From sequence record DRR378314_409: a stretch of 64,000 nt of DNA. One strand, 5' to 3'. Shown in pieces: positions 51,409-61,741 of this stretch. Below the pieces are notes generated by a model. That model saw only the letters and a program-made list of their open reading frames with translations. It ran no database searches and had not been told where the DNA came from. The translations under genes were made by a program, and so were the position numbers. Position 1 is the stretch's first letter. Each line of letters begins with the position of its first letter.

Positions 51409-52470
51409 CTATCGATTGACCACTGACAATTGTAGCGGCGCGCTATCTGGCCGTGTTTGGCGACTTTCCAGATGACGCTGCTGCAATTGCAGGATTTCCG
51501 CGCTAACGGAAATCGCAATCTCGTTTGGATGTTTCCCACCTGTGCCCGTTATCCCGATCGGACATGTGACCTTTTGCAGGTCTGTTTTTGTAAATCCAGC
51601 GTCTTCAAAGCGTTTGAAGAAGCGGTTTCGCTTGGTTTTTGACCCAATTAATCCGAGATAGGCTGCATCCTGTCTATTGAGGATTTCAGCTGTTAGATCA
51701 AAATCAAGCTGATGACTATGTGTCATGACTAGAAAATACCCTGAAGCGACCGCTTTGTGAACCTCTTCCGGCGGGTTGCTTGTGATAATTTTCTGCACAC
51801 CGTTTGGAATGACGGTTGGAAATTCCGTTTCCCGCGGATCAATCCAATGGATGCAAATCGGCAAGGGAGCCAGGGTATGGACAATTGCCCGTCCCACATG
51901 GCCAGCCCCAAAAAGATAAAGATGAAACAGTTCTGATTGAACTGGTTCAATCATTTGGAAATGACCGGAGTATCGCTCTGCTTGGTCAAAAGACACCAAA
52001 CCCGCGTCGAAATTTTCCGCTGTATAAGAAGGGAAGGATGTTTTTGACAGCTTAAAAAGCGGTACTAGCTGATGCCTGACGGTTGATCCCTGCCAACTGG
52101 TGAGGAGGACTGTTTTGTCCCGGCTGTTTAGCGCTTTGCCAACTGCGTTTAACCAGATTTCATCTTCGGCGGTTAATCGTTCCAGCATGATTTCCGCATA
52201 CCCGCCGCAACATTGGGAGAGTTCCGGCCCCAAGGGCAGTTGCAGGAGTTCAGTTTTTGCCGCGCCCGCACTGAGAAGCTTGCGGGCTTTCAGGATGGCC
52301 TGAAGTTCCAGTTGGCCGCCGCCGATTGTCCCAAGTGTCTGATGATCGCAGACAAGCATTCGGGTGCCACTATTGCGGGGGGTCGATCCCCGGGCAATGC
52401 CTACAGTGACCAGCACCCAGTTTCCCTGTGTCAGGTCCGGCTGCTTCAGAAGTTGGGGCCAATGGGTCAA
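51409..52470 (-). CDS. xdhC: Xanthine dehydrogenase accessory protein
   Basis: GSTPR, GTIGGGQLE, LGP.L.QCCGG, FGAGHVG, MTHSH, GLIGSK.K, CPIG. Confidence 0.92.
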   Translation of the reverse strand: MTHWPQLLKQPDLTQGNWVLVTVGIARGSTPRNSGTRMLVCDHQTLGTIGGGQLELQAILKARKLLSAGAAKTELLQLPLGPELSQCCGGYAEIMLERLTAEDEIWLNAVGKALNSRDKTVLLTSWQGSTVRHQLVPLFKLSKTSFPSYTAENFDAGLVSFDQAERYSGHFQMIEPVQSELFHLYLFGAGHVGRAIVHTLAPLPICIHWIDPRETEFPTVIPNGVQKIITSNPPEEVHKAVASGYFLVMTHSHQLDFDLTAEILNRQDAAYLGLIGSKTKRNRFFKRFEDAGFTKTDLQKVTCPIGITGTGGKHPNEIAISVSAEILQLQQRHLESRQTRPDSAPLQLSVVNR

Positions 52471-54800
52471 GCGGCACCTTCCTTTACGGCTTTCATCTGC
52501 ATAACGGCTTTGAGGACCCTTTCGGGGGTTGCGGGCGCATCCAACTGAGGAAATGCCTGATAATCAGACACGCTGCTGACTGCATCCGTCAAAGCGTTGA
52601 AGGCAGAGATGGCCAGCATGAAGGGTGGTTCACCAACGGCTTTGGATTTGTGGATGCTGTCTTCGACATTCTCCCCATCGAATAATTCCATGTTGAAAAC
52701 TTCCGGCCGGTCGCTACAGGCCGGGATTTTATAGGTGGACGGTGCATGGGTTTTCAGGTTTCCAACGTCATCGAAGAAGAGTTCTTCGGTTGTCAGCCAC
52801 CCCATTCCCTGTATGAAGCCCCCCTCGATCTGACCAAGGTCAATTGTCGGGTTCAGACTTTTGCCGGTGTCATGCAGGATATCAACACGTCTGATTTTAT
52901 ATTCGCCAGTCAGTGTATCGATAATGGCTTCAGAAACGGCAGCACCATAAGCGAAATAATAAAAGGGACGCCCACTATAATTTTCAGCATCGTAATGAAT
53001 TTTGGGTGTGCGGTAATAGCCCGTCGCAGATAAGGAGATGCGATTGAAATAGGCCTGCTGCACCAACTCAGCAAATGGGATAACCTGATCACCGATCCGC
53101 ACCCGATTGGGTAAAAATTCGATGTCGGATTGATCAACAGAATAATGGACCGCAGCAAAGTCAATCAACCGATCCCGGATGGTAAGGGCCGCATTCTCTG
53201 CGGCTTTGCCGTTCATATCCGAGCCTGACGACGCGGCTGTTGCCGAGGTGTTGGGCACCTTGTCCGTCCGGGTCGAGGTGATTTTGACCCGCTCGATATC
53301 AATTTGCAGGGTTTGGGCGACAACTTGGGCAACCTTGATGAACAGGCCCTGTCCCATTTCTGTACCGCCATGGTTCAGCATGACACTGCCATCTGTATAG
53401 ACATGGAGCAGGGCTCCGGCTTGATTAAGGAAGGTGGTGGTGAAGGAAATGCCAAACTTCACAGGTGTCAGGGAGAGGCCTTTTTTGAGGACAGGGCTGC
53501 TGGCGTTAAACGACCGAATAGCCTCCCGCCGGGCCAGGTAGTCGGAGTTTTCCTGGAGCGTATTAATGATCTCTGGCGCAATATTATCTTCTATCACCAT
53601 GTCATAGGGGGTGACGTTGCGGTCTGTTTTGCCATAGAGGTTTTTCTGCCGCACCATCAGGGGGTCAAGGCCCAGATCAAAGGCAATGGCGTCAATCACC
53701 CGTTCGATGGCGATCATGCCTTGCGGCCCACCAAATCCGCGAAAGGCCGTATTGGACACCGTATGAGTTTTGCAGCGGTGAGAGGTGATGCGGATGTTGT
53801 TGAGATAGTAACAGTTATCAGCATGAAAAATGGTGCGGTCATTGATCGCAGCAGATAAATCGGCAGAGCGACCGCAGCGGGAAGCGAAGGTGAAGTCTAT
53901 TCCCTTGATGGCGCCGTCATCGTCGTAACCAACAGTATAGTCGACGACAAAATCATGCCGTTTGCCGGTCATGATCATATCATCGTCGCGATCAAGGCGG
54001 AGTTTGGCCGGCCGGCCCGTTGTTTGCGCGGTCAGGGCGGCCATCGCCGCAAACCAGGCCCCTTGCGTTTCTTTGCCGCCAAACCCGCCACCCATCCGGC
54101 GAACCTCTACAGTGACCGAATGGTCCGGGATATTGAGGAACTTGGCTACATTATGCTGAACCTCTGTCGGGTGTTGGGTGGAGCTGAAAACATGGACATC
54201 ACCGTCTTCGCGGGGATACGCCATGGCCACATGGCCTTCCAGATAGAAATGATCCTGTCCACCAATTTCAAGGCGCCCCGTCAGTTGCCGGCTTGCAGCC
54301 TTAATGCTTGCATCCGGCTCACCGCGCAGTAACGTCCGTGTTGGCAGCACAAAAGAGTCTGCCTTGACGGCCTGATCAACGGTAATAAGGGCGTCCAGTT
54401 CTTCATATTCAACGGCGGCGAGGTTGGCAGCGGTGCGTGCCGCCTCCAAGGTTTCTCCGGCCACAACGAAAAGCGCCTGGCCGATATATTCGACCACATC
54501 CTCGGCGAAGACCGGGTCATCCCCGGCAACGGGAGAGGCGTCATTGATCCCCGGTACATCTTTGGCGGTGAAAACGGCAACCACACCCGGTGCCTGTTTA
54601 ACCGCTGTTACATCCAGGTTCAGGATTTTGGCGTGGGCCTTTGTGCTTTGCGCCACATAGAGGTGCAGAAGGTCTTTTGGCTCCGAAATGTCGTCAATAT
54701 ATTCAGCTTCACCGGCCACCTGTTTCAAGGCGCTGTCATGGGGAAGTTTTGTATGAACGGCGCCGCGGATCACGGTGTCGCTGAGCGGTGGATTACGCAT
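52467..54800 (-). CDS. xdhB: Xanthine dehydrogenase molybdopterin-binding subunit
   Basis: QDHFYLE, RMGGGFGGKE, TAFRGFGGPQ, GGTEMGQG, SKAVGEPP; start inferred at MRNPP. Confidence 0.95.
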   Translation of the reverse strand: MRNPPLSDTVIRGAVHTKLPHDSALKQVAGEAEYIDDISEPKDLLHLYVAQSTKAHAKILNLDVTAVKQAPGVVAVFTAKDVPGINDASPVAGDDPVFAEDVVEYIGQALFVVAGETLEAARTAANLAAVEYEELDALITVDQAVKADSFVLPTRTLLRGEPDASIKAASRQLTGRLEIGGQDHFYLEGHVAMAYPREDGDVHVFSSTQHPTEVQHNVAKFLNIPDHSVTVEVRRMGGGFGGKETQGAWFAAMAALTAQTTGRPAKLRLDRDDDMIMTGKRHDFVVDYTVGYDDDGAIKGIDFTFASRCGRSADLSAAINDRTIFHADNCYYLNNIRITSHRCKTHTVSNTAFRGFGGPQGMIAIERVIDAIAFDLGLDPLMVRQKNLYGKTDRNVTPYDMVIEDNIAPEIINTLQENSDYLARREAIRSFNASSPVLKKGLSLTPVKFGISFTTTFLNQAGALLHVYTDGSVMLNHGGTEMGQGLFIKVAQVVAQTLQIDIERVKITSTRTDKVPNTSATAASSGSDMNGKAAENAALTIRDRLIDFAAVHYSVDQSDIEFLPNRVRIGDQVIPFAELVQQAYFNRISLSATGYYRTPKIHYDAENYSGRPFYYFAYGAAVSEAIIDTLTGEYKIRRVDILHDTGKSLNPTIDLGQIEGGFIQGMGWLTTEELFFDDVGNLKTHAPSTYKIPACSDRPEVFNMELFDGENVEDSIHKSKAVGEPPFMLAISAFNALTDAVSSVSDYQAFPQLDAPATPERVLKAVMQMKAVKEGAA

Positions 54801-56259
54801 GTGCGATCTTCCCCTCTCCCACCAGGCGGGTTTGAATGTCCGGTGAGGTTGTCTCCAGATAAAATTTACGCAGCAGATTTTGGGCGACCTGCAGGCGATA
54901 AGTTTGACTGGCGCGCATATCACTGAGGGGTTGATAATCTTCAGCCAGAAGTGATGCAGCCTGCTCGATCACAGTTGCGGTCCAGTCCTTGCCGTTCAAG
55001 TAGTCCTCGGTCCGGCTGGCGCGAAGGGGGGTGCCCGCCATTCCACCAAAGCAGATCCGGATGTCATTAACGGCGGATCCGTTCAGGCTCAGATTAAAGG
55101 CACCACAAAGAGCAGAGATATCCTGATCGAACCGTTTGGAGATTTTGTAGATGCGAAATTGCTGCGCGATCGTTGGTTTGGGAATTTCTACACCGGCGAC
55201 AAACTCGCCAGTTTTCAGGTCCTGCTGGCCATATTCGATAAAGAATTCTTCCAGGGGCAGGGACCGCGTTCCGTTTTGAGATTGCAGATGAAGGGTTGAT
55301 CCAAGGGCAATTAATGCGGGCGGCATATCCCCGATGGGGGAGCCGTTTGCGATGTTGCCGCCGATAGTTCCAGAATTGCGGATTTGGGTGGAGGCGATCC
55401 GGCGGATCAATTCCCCCAGATCCGGTGATAGGCTTTTCAGCAGCGGCCAAGCGTCAGAATAGGTGACGCCCGCGCCGATCATGACCGTCTCGCCTAGATC
55501 CTCAATGGATTGCATATCTGATACTTTGCCAATGGAAATCAGGGTTGGCAGGTCTTTGTGAAGTTTCGTCACCCAAAGCCCAACATCGGTTGCCCCGGCA
55601 AGGAGGGTTGCTGTTGGATGTTGGGTCAGCAACTGGGCAAGTTCGGCTTTGCTTTTTGGGGCAAAAAACCTGCTCCCTTCATGCTCAAGGGCGAGAGGGG
55701 CATCATCGGCAAGTGTTTTCAGCAGTTCCGCTGTGAGTTTGCTCCGCTCAGCAGTGTGGTCGCTGGTTGTTTGACCGGCGGCTTGCTGCGCGGCTTGCAG
55801 GATTGTTCCATACCCCGTACAGCGGCAGAGATTACCGGCCAGCACATCATTGAGGCTTTCGGTATCGGATCGATTGGCGCCCTGCTGTTCAGCAAAAAGA
55901 GACATGACAAAGCCCGGAGTGCAAAATCCACATTGGGTGGCATTGGTATCGACCATGGCCTGTTGCACGGGATGGACATTGCCATCGATGGCTTTCAGGC
56001 TTTCCACGGTGATCAGTTCTTTGCCATCCAGCATCGGCAGAAACTGGATGCAGGCATTGACCGCCTGATAGGATAGTTCCCCATTTTTCAGATCTCCAAG
56101 GACAACAGTACAGGCGCCGCAATCGCCCTCTGCGCAGCCTTCTTTTGAGCCGGTGAGGGCTTTTTCATAACGAAGGTAGTTCAGGAGGGTTGCTGTTGGC
56201 TCCCAGTTGATTAACTCCTGTATCTGGCCGTTATACACGAACCGGATTGTGTTACGCAT
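54793..56259 (-). CDS. xdhA: Xanthine dehydrogenase 2Fe-2S/FAD subunit
   Basis: KEGCAEGDCGACT, QCGFCTPG, GNLCRCTGY, NGSPIGD, SKRFDQD. Confidence 0.95.
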   Translation of the reverse strand: MRNTIRFVYNGQIQELINWEPTATLLNYLRYEKALTGSKEGCAEGDCGACTVVLGDLKNGELSYQAVNACIQFLPMLDGKELITVESLKAIDGNVHPVQQAMVDTNATQCGFCTPGFVMSLFAEQQGANRSDTESLNDVLAGNLCRCTGYGTILQAAQQAAGQTTSDHTAERSKLTAELLKTLADDAPLALEHEGSRFFAPKSKAELAQLLTQHPTATLLAGATDVGLWVTKLHKDLPTLISIGKVSDMQSIEDLGETVMIGAGVTYSDAWPLLKSLSPDLGELIRRIASTQIRNSGTIGGNIANGSPIGDMPPALIALGSTLHLQSQNGTRSLPLEEFFIEYGQQDLKTGEFVAGVEIPKPTIAQQFRIYKISKRFDQDISALCGAFNLSLNGSAVNDIRICFGGMAGTPLRASRTEDYLNGKDWTATVIEQAASLLAEDYQPLSDMRASQTYRLQVAQNLLRKFYLETTSPDIQTRLVGEGKIAHA

Positions 56260-56316
56260 TCTTGTCCTCTAAAGCTCTTTCACCGTCTATATTTAGACAT
56301 AGGTCAGCATTTTTAA

Positions 56317-56350
56317 ATGTCGCCCCGGATCCGCTGCTCCGGGGCGACGT
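56317..56350 (-). terminator. Hairpin between NCS2 permease and xdhA
   Basis: ATGTCGCCCCGGA / TCCGGGGCGACGT inverted repeat with 8-nt loop; only a short U tract. Confidence 0.55.
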
Positions 56351-56360
56351 TGGTTCCATT

Positions 56361-57752
56361 TTAGTGAACGGGATCTTCATTTGGAAGGATTGCGTTCAGC
56401 AGGATGGATAGGAAGGCAACCGGGAACAAGCCGGAGGTCAGGATCATCGTCGCCCAGCCGGGGAAAACGCCGCTAACGACCCCCGGTTCTGCTTTCAAGC
56501 CCAGGCCAACGCTGAGTGAAACAGCGATAATCACCATGTTCCGGCGGCTCATCTTCACATCGGCCAGCAGATTGAGGCCCGCACTGGCAATCATGCCAAA
56601 CATCACGACTGCACCACCGCCAAGCACGGCATAAGGCATGGCCGAAATGATGGCGCCGATTTTCGGGAAAAATGCCGCGAGGATCAGAACAATTGCGCCG
56701 ATGGTCACCACGTGTCGGCTCATGATACCGGTTAGGGAAATGACACCAACGTTTTGACTGTAAGAGGTGTTAGGCATGGAGCCAAACAAACCCCCAAGCG
56801 CAGTTCCAAGACCATCGGCCATGGTGCCGCCTGAAATTTCCTTGTCGGTTGCTTCCCGGCCAGCACCGCCCTTGGTGATGCCAGAAATATCGCCAACCGT
56901 TTCAATAGCCGAAACGATGGCCATCAGGCACATCCCGATAAGAGCCGCGAAAATCACTGATTGGGTGGTGTCATCCGGACTGGTAAATGTCAGACCATAT
57001 TTCAGCGGCTGCGGGATGGAGAACCAGGCCGCATTGGCAATAGTATCCGCCTTGATCATCCCCATGGGAATGGCGGCCAGATAGCCAGCGACCAGACCAA
57101 TTAGAATGGCGGACGCAGACGTCATGCCCTTGGTCAGGAATTTCACAGCGAGAATAACAACAATCACAAAGGTTCCCAGGAACAGATGGTATCCAGCCCC
57201 AAAATCCTTGGTGACAAATTTGGCAAATTTGCCGCCGCCCACATATTCAATGCCGACAGGTAATAGGGTGAGGCCAATGGTTGCAACAACCAGCCCTGTG
57301 ACCAAAGGAGGGAGGGCACCCCGGAAGCGGCCAATAACCGTTCCGATCAGGAAGTGAAAAATGCCACCAACGAGGGAGGCCGCGAAAATAATGCCGAGGG
57401 CATCAGTTCCCTTGATCGCCGCAGCAACAGGTAACATGACCGGAATGAAGGCAAAACTGGTTCCCTGCATAATGGGAAGTCGGGCGCCAATCGGGCCCAT
57501 GCCGATGGTTTGCACCAACGTTGCCAGACCGGCAACCAGCATCGCGATTTGGATCAGGAAGATTTTATCCCCGCCATCAAGTCCGGCTGCATTGGCGATG
57601 ATGATCGGTACCGTCACATTTCCGGCAAACATGGCCAGGGTGTGCTGAACGCCAAGCGGGACAGCCTTTATCAGTGGCGGTGTATAATTGGGATCTTTAA
57701 GCCGGGTTGGATCCATTTGAGATCTCCCCGAAGACTGCGATATCTCACTCAT
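56361..57752 (-). CDS. NCS2 nucleobase:cation symporter (xanthine/urate permease)
   Basis: QH.LAMF in TM1, GARLPI.QGTSF, ETVGD, NAT motif SQNVGVISLTG. Confidence 0.93.
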   Translation of the reverse strand: MSEISQSSGRSQMDPTRLKDPNYTPPLIKAVPLGVQHTLAMFAGNVTVPIIIANAAGLDGGDKIFLIQIAMLVAGLATLVQTIGMGPIGARLPIMQGTSFAFIPVMLPVAAAIKGTDALGIIFAASLVGGIFHFLIGTVIGRFRGALPPLVTGLVVATIGLTLLPVGIEYVGGGKFAKFVTKDFGAGYHLFLGTFVIVVILAVKFLTKGMTSASAILIGLVAGYLAAIPMGMIKADTIANAAWFSIPQPLKYGLTFTSPDDTTQSVIFAALIGMCLMAIVSAIETVGDISGITKGGAGREATDKEISGGTMADGLGTALGGLFGSMPNTSYSQNVGVISLTGIMSRHVVTIGAIVLILAAFFPKIGAIISAMPYAVLGGGAVVMFGMIASAGLNLLADVKMSRRNMVIIAVSLSVGLGLKAEPGVVSGVFPGWATMILTSGLFPVAFLSILLNAILPNEDPVH

Positions 57753-57816
57753 TTTAAATAGCCCCCTGCTATTTTAATAGACGCTGCCTGTTGCTCCCAT
57801 TTCAACAGAACGAATG

Positions 57817-58170
57817 TCAGCTGCCCCGATAAGTGGAGTAGCTGTATGGCGACATCAGAAGGGGGACATGATAATGTTGAGAGGCATCTGGCACGCCAAA
57901 TCTCAGGACAATTTCATCTAGAAATTTGGGTTCCGGAAGGTCAATGCCGGCGGCATCAAAATAGGCACCGGCGTGAAAGACCAGTTCATACTGTCCGACC
58001 AGAAATTCATCTCCGGCGATAAGTGGCTCATCACATCGACCATCTGCATTAGAGACGGTTTCCTTGATAAGGTCCCAGCTGTCCCCATTCAGAAAATAGA
58101 GCTGAATGGTCACATTTTTTCCCGGGGCGCCCGCACTCGTGTCCAGAATATGTGTGGTCAATTTTCCCAT
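57817..58170 (-). CDS. uraH: 5-hydroxyisourate hydrolase
   Basis: LTTH.LD, DGR, HYHVPLL, C-terminal YRGS. Confidence 0.96.
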   Translation of the reverse strand: MGKLTTHILDTSAGAPGKNVTIQLYFLNGDSWDLIKETVSNADGRCDEPLIAGDEFLVGQYELVFHAGAYFDAAGIDLPEPKFLDEIVLRFGVPDASQHYHVPLLMSPYSYSTYRGS

Positions 58171-58445
58171 AATCTATGTTCCCTGTCTGAAGTCATGCGA
58201 CCTGGCGAGTAGCCTTCTTGACGAGGCAATCTTGTCCAGACCGTCAACTTACAGGAAAAAGGATGCATGACTCTTAAAATATTGTCTACGGTTTTTGTGA
58301 ACTTTGTATGAAATTTTAATTCTACGAAAAATAAATGTTGCAACGCGGTATAAAAATTGTTTTTTGTGTGCGCTTGCGAAATTCGTTGAAAATAAAGGAA
58401 GCTAGGGTGGAGTGGTGGCAGAAATAATGTGATATTCTGCTATTT

Positions 58446-58457
58446 ATTGTATACAAT
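58446..58457. promoter_or_regulatory. GntR-type operator palindrome
   Basis: Perfect ATTGTATACAAT; degenerate copies at 58281 (ATTGTCTACG) and 58303 (TTTGTATGAAA) near uraH. Confidence 0.7.
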
Positions 58458-58518
58458 GTTAAAAAATTTTGTAAAACTGATCATCTAAATTGTTTCCATT
58501 TCTGTCAAAGGCAGAGAA

Positions 58519-59268
58519 ATGCTTCATTCTGTAGCCATCGATTCCACTTCTGAAAAGGGAAAGAAGATTTCCCAGGATGATCAAATCTATGATCAGATGT
58601 TTTCAGCGATCCTGGAGCAGAAGTTGTTGCCCGGAACCAAGTTGTCCGAAGATACCCTGGGTGAAATTTTTGGCGTAAGCCGAACAATTATTCGCAAGGT
58701 GTTGCAGAAACTGGCTTATGAAAAGGTGGTGCAGATTTTACCGAACCGTGGCGCTTTTGTTTCTGAACCGACCCCGGATGAAGCCCGCGAAGTGTTGGAG
58801 GCCCGCCTGGTGATCGAGGAGGCAATCATGCGGCGCGTTGTCTGCAGTGCGACGGAAAAAGATCTTCTGAGCTTGGAAGCTAATCTTGAAGCTGAAGCCA
58901 GCAGCATTGAAAAAGGCGTGCATAGCGACTGGGTTGCCCTTTCTGGTGATTTTCATTTGATGCTTGCCCAGATTGCCGGAAATACCTCCCTGGCGGAATT
59001 CCTTCGAGAGCTTGTTACCCGCACGTCCCTGATCCATGTGCAGTATCAGAGTGGCAAGTTAAGTCATGAAACCTGCTCTTGTGATGAGCATGCAGAAATC
59101 ATCAAGTCGATCCGGGAGCGGGACGAGGCGGGGGCAGTTTCTTTGATGCGCCGCCATATCGAAGGAATTGAAAAATCACTTAATCTGGACGGAGAACAAT
59201 CGGTAAGTGATTTATATGCGATTTTTGGCGCTGCAGCCGGTCGGGATAAGAAGGGTACTGAGGTATGA
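58519..59268 (+). CDS. GntR (FCD) family regulator of purine catabolism
   Basis: PGTKL.E..L...FGVSRT.IR, PNRGAFV; FCD motifs FH..LA...GN, EH..I, M.RH. Confidence 0.93.
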   Translation: MLHSVAIDSTSEKGKKISQDDQIYDQMFSAILEQKLLPGTKLSEDTLGEIFGVSRTIIRKVLQKLAYEKVVQILPNRGAFVSEPTPDEAREVLEARLVIEEAIMRRVVCSATEKDLLSLEANLEAEASSIEKGVHSDWVALSGDFHLMLAQIAGNTSLAEFLRELVTRTSLIHVQYQSGKLSHETCSCDEHAEIIKSIRERDEAGAVSLMRRHIEGIEKSLNLDGEQSVSDLYAIFGAAAGRDKKGTEV

Positions 59269-60185
59269 TGATGGACAGCTATCCACGGGATCTGATCGGG
59301 TATGGTGAAAACCCACCGAATCCAAAATGGCCTGATGGTGCCCGCATCGCTGTGCAGTTTGTGTTGAATTATGAAGAAGGCGGGGAGAATTGCATCCTCC
59401 ATGGGGATGATGCATCGGAGGCCTTCTTATCGGAAATTGTAGGGGCAGATATGCTGCCGGATGTGCGCCATATCAGTATGGAGTCCATTTATGAATATGG
59501 AAGCCGGGCTGGCGTATGGCGCTTGCTGCGTCTGTTTCGGGAGTTCGATATTCCCCTGACCATTTTTGGGGTCGCCATGGCGATGGAGCGAAACCCGGCG
59601 GTGGTTGAAGCATTTCTTCGGGACGGTCACGAGATTTGCAGTCATGGATATCGCTGGATCAATTACCAAGATGTTCCTGAGGAGGTTGAGCGGGAGCATA
59701 TGCAAAAGGCGATTGAGATCATTACGCGGATGACAGGTGAGCGTCCGTTGGGATGGTATACCGGCCGAACAAGCCCCAATACCCGCAAACTGGTGATTGA
59801 AGAGGGCGGTTTTATATATGATGCGGATGCTTATGATGATGATCTGCCCTATTGGACAGAGCATGGCGAAAAGCAGCAGTTGATTGTGCCTTATACATTG
59901 GATGTCAATGATATGCGCTTTGCCGCATTGCAGGGCTTTAACAGCGGTGATCAGTATTTTACCTATCTGAAAGACAGTTTCGACACCCTTTATGAGGAGG
60001 GTGCACACAGCCCCAAAATGATGTCTGTTGGTCTGCATTGCCGGCTGGTTGGACGGCCTGGCCGGATTGCCGCACTGAAGCGGTTTTTGGCTTATGTGAA
60101 AAGCCATGACAAGGTTTGGTGCGCCCGGAGAATTGAAATTGCCCGTCATTGGCTGAAAACGCATCCGGCGGAGGTTGCCAGATGA
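59265..60185 (+). CDS. puuE: Allantoinase PuuE (polysaccharide deacetylase fold)
   Basis: YPRDL.GYG, NYEEGGE, ES.YEYGSR.G, GWYTGR, GLHCR..GRPGR. Confidence 0.95.
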   Translation: MMMDSYPRDLIGYGENPPNPKWPDGARIAVQFVLNYEEGGENCILHGDDASEAFLSEIVGADMLPDVRHISMESIYEYGSRAGVWRLLRLFREFDIPLTIFGVAMAMERNPAVVEAFLRDGHEICSHGYRWINYQDVPEEVEREHMQKAIEIITRMTGERPLGWYTGRTSPNTRKLVIEEGGFIYDADAYDDDLPYWTEHGEKQQLIVPYTLDVNDMRFAALQGFNSGDQYFTYLKDSFDTLYEEGAHSPKMMSVGLHCRLVGRPGRIAALKRFLAYVKSHDKVWCARRIEIARHWLKTHPAEVAR

Positions 60186-60694
60186 CTGTGTTAAAGAATA
60201 AGCCCAGCGAGATGACACGAGACGAATTTATTCAGGTTTTTGGCGGCGTGTATGAGCATTCGCAATGGGTGGCGGAGCAAGCCTGGGATCAGGGTTTGGC
60301 AGAACAGCATGACGAGGCTGACGCGCTGGCTGATGTGATGAGCAATATTGTGGCCGCTGCGGATGTGGATGCGAAAATGAAGTTGATCAAGGCGCATCCG
60401 AATCTGGCGGGAAAAGCGGCCGTTCGCGGTGAGCTGACGGAAGAGTCAACGTCGGAACAGGCGCAAGCCGGATTGTCTGAATGTACAGAAGAGCAATTCG
60501 CCCGGTTTCATGAATATAATGCGGCCTATCAGCAGAAATTTGGCTTTCCGTTTATCAAAGCGGTTCGAAACAGCAATCGTTTTGAAATTCTACACGGGTT
60601 TGAAGAGCGGCTGAAAAATGATGTGAATACAGAGTTTTCTACAGCGCTGAGAGAAATTGATAAAATCGCGACGTTTCGATTGCAGGATCTGTAA
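60182..60694 (+). CDS. uraD: OHCU decarboxylase
   Basis: YEHS.W, AHP.LA, S.SEQ..AGL, Y..KFGFPFI, IA.FRL. Confidence 0.94.
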   Translation: MTVLKNKPSEMTRDEFIQVFGGVYEHSQWVAEQAWDQGLAEQHDEADALADVMSNIVAAADVDAKMKLIKAHPNLAGKAAVRGELTEESTSEQAQAGLSECTEEQFARFHEYNAAYQQKFGFPFIKAVRNSNRFEILHGFEERLKNDVNTEFSTALREIDKIATFRLQDL

Positions 60695-60729
60695 GGTCCC
60701 AATCCCCGTCTTTATTGGAGAGAGTAAGC

Positions 60730-61734
60730 ATGAAACCCCTTTCAGCAGATCAAGCTGAGTTCCTGAACGGATATGTCAATCTGGCCCAGCCGCGCCTGGG
60801 CGCCGAAGTGACATACGCGACCGACGATTTCTTTGCCGATAAAAGCCGGCTTATTGATCCGGCAAATCCTGTGTTCATCGACGGAAAATATGATGAAAAC
60901 GGAAAGTGGATGGACGGATGGGAAAGCCGCCGAAAGCGGGGCGAGGGCTATGACCACTGTATCGTGCGGTTGGGGCTTCCGGGTGTGATTGCAGGGGTTG
61001 ATATTGATACCCGTCATTTCACCGGTAATTATCCGCCTGCGGCATCGATCGAAGCCTGTTATGTGCAGGGAGAGCCTGATGCGGATACCCAGTGGGTTGA
61101 ACTGGTGCCCTCTGTCTCCCTCGGTCCGGATAGTCACCATTACCTGAAAGTGCAAAGTGAGGGAACCTGGAGCCATTTGCGTCTGAATATTTACCCGGAT
61201 GGCGGTGTCGCCCGGCTTCGGGTTTATGGCAGGATTAATTGTAATTGGGAAAGCCGAGATGCGGGTGAAAGTGTGGATCTTGCCTCCATGTTGAACGGAG
61301 CGCGGGCCGTTGCGGCCAATAATCAGCATTTTGGAGAGCCATCCAACCTGCTAACGCCTGGCCGCGGTGTGAATATGGGAGATGGATGGGAAACCCGGCG
61401 GCGGCGGGAGCCTGGGAATGACTGGGTGTTGATTGAATTGGGGCATGCGGGTGTGATTTCTGCCGTTGAGGTGGATACAGCCCATTTCAAAGGCAATTAT
61501 CCAGATCGATGCTCTTTGCAGGCAGCTTACATGGAAGGCGGAACGGATCAGTCCCTGATCACTCAAAGCATGTTCTGGAAAACCTTGTTGCCAGAACAAA
61601 AATTATCCATGGATGCAATTCATAAATTTGCGGATGAGCTTGAGGATATCGGGCCCGTGACCCATGTTCGTCTGAATATTTTCCCGGACGGCGGTATCAG
61701 CCGTTTACGTCTTTTTGGCAAGATTTCGAAATAG
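60730..61734 (+). CDS. alc: Allantoicase
   Basis: [34 protein letters not shown]; two-repeat structure. Confidence 0.95.
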   Translation: MKPLSADQAEFLNGYVNLAQPRLGAEVTYATDDFFADKSRLIDPANPVFIDGKYDENGKWMDGWESRRKRGEGYDHCIVRLGLPGVIAGVDIDTRHFTGNYPPAASIEACYVQGEPDADTQWVELVPSVSLGPDSHHYLKVQSEGTWSHLRLNIYPDGGVARLRVYGRINCNWESRDAGESVDLASMLNGARAVAANNQHFGEPSNLLTPGRGVNMGDGWETRRRREPGNDWVLIELGHAGVISAVEVDTAHFKGNYPDRCSLQAAYMEGGTDQSLITQSMFWKTLLPEQKLSMDAIHKFADELEDIGPVTHVRLNIFPDGGISRLRLFGKISK

Positions 61735-61741
61735 GGCACCG

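Noticed and set aside
309-60218. Long antisense or alternative-frame ORFs (309..1178, 5490..6149, 7046..7786, 22729..23343, 59427..60218 and others)
   Set aside because: They lie within well-supported genes and show no recognisable motifs: shadow ORFs.
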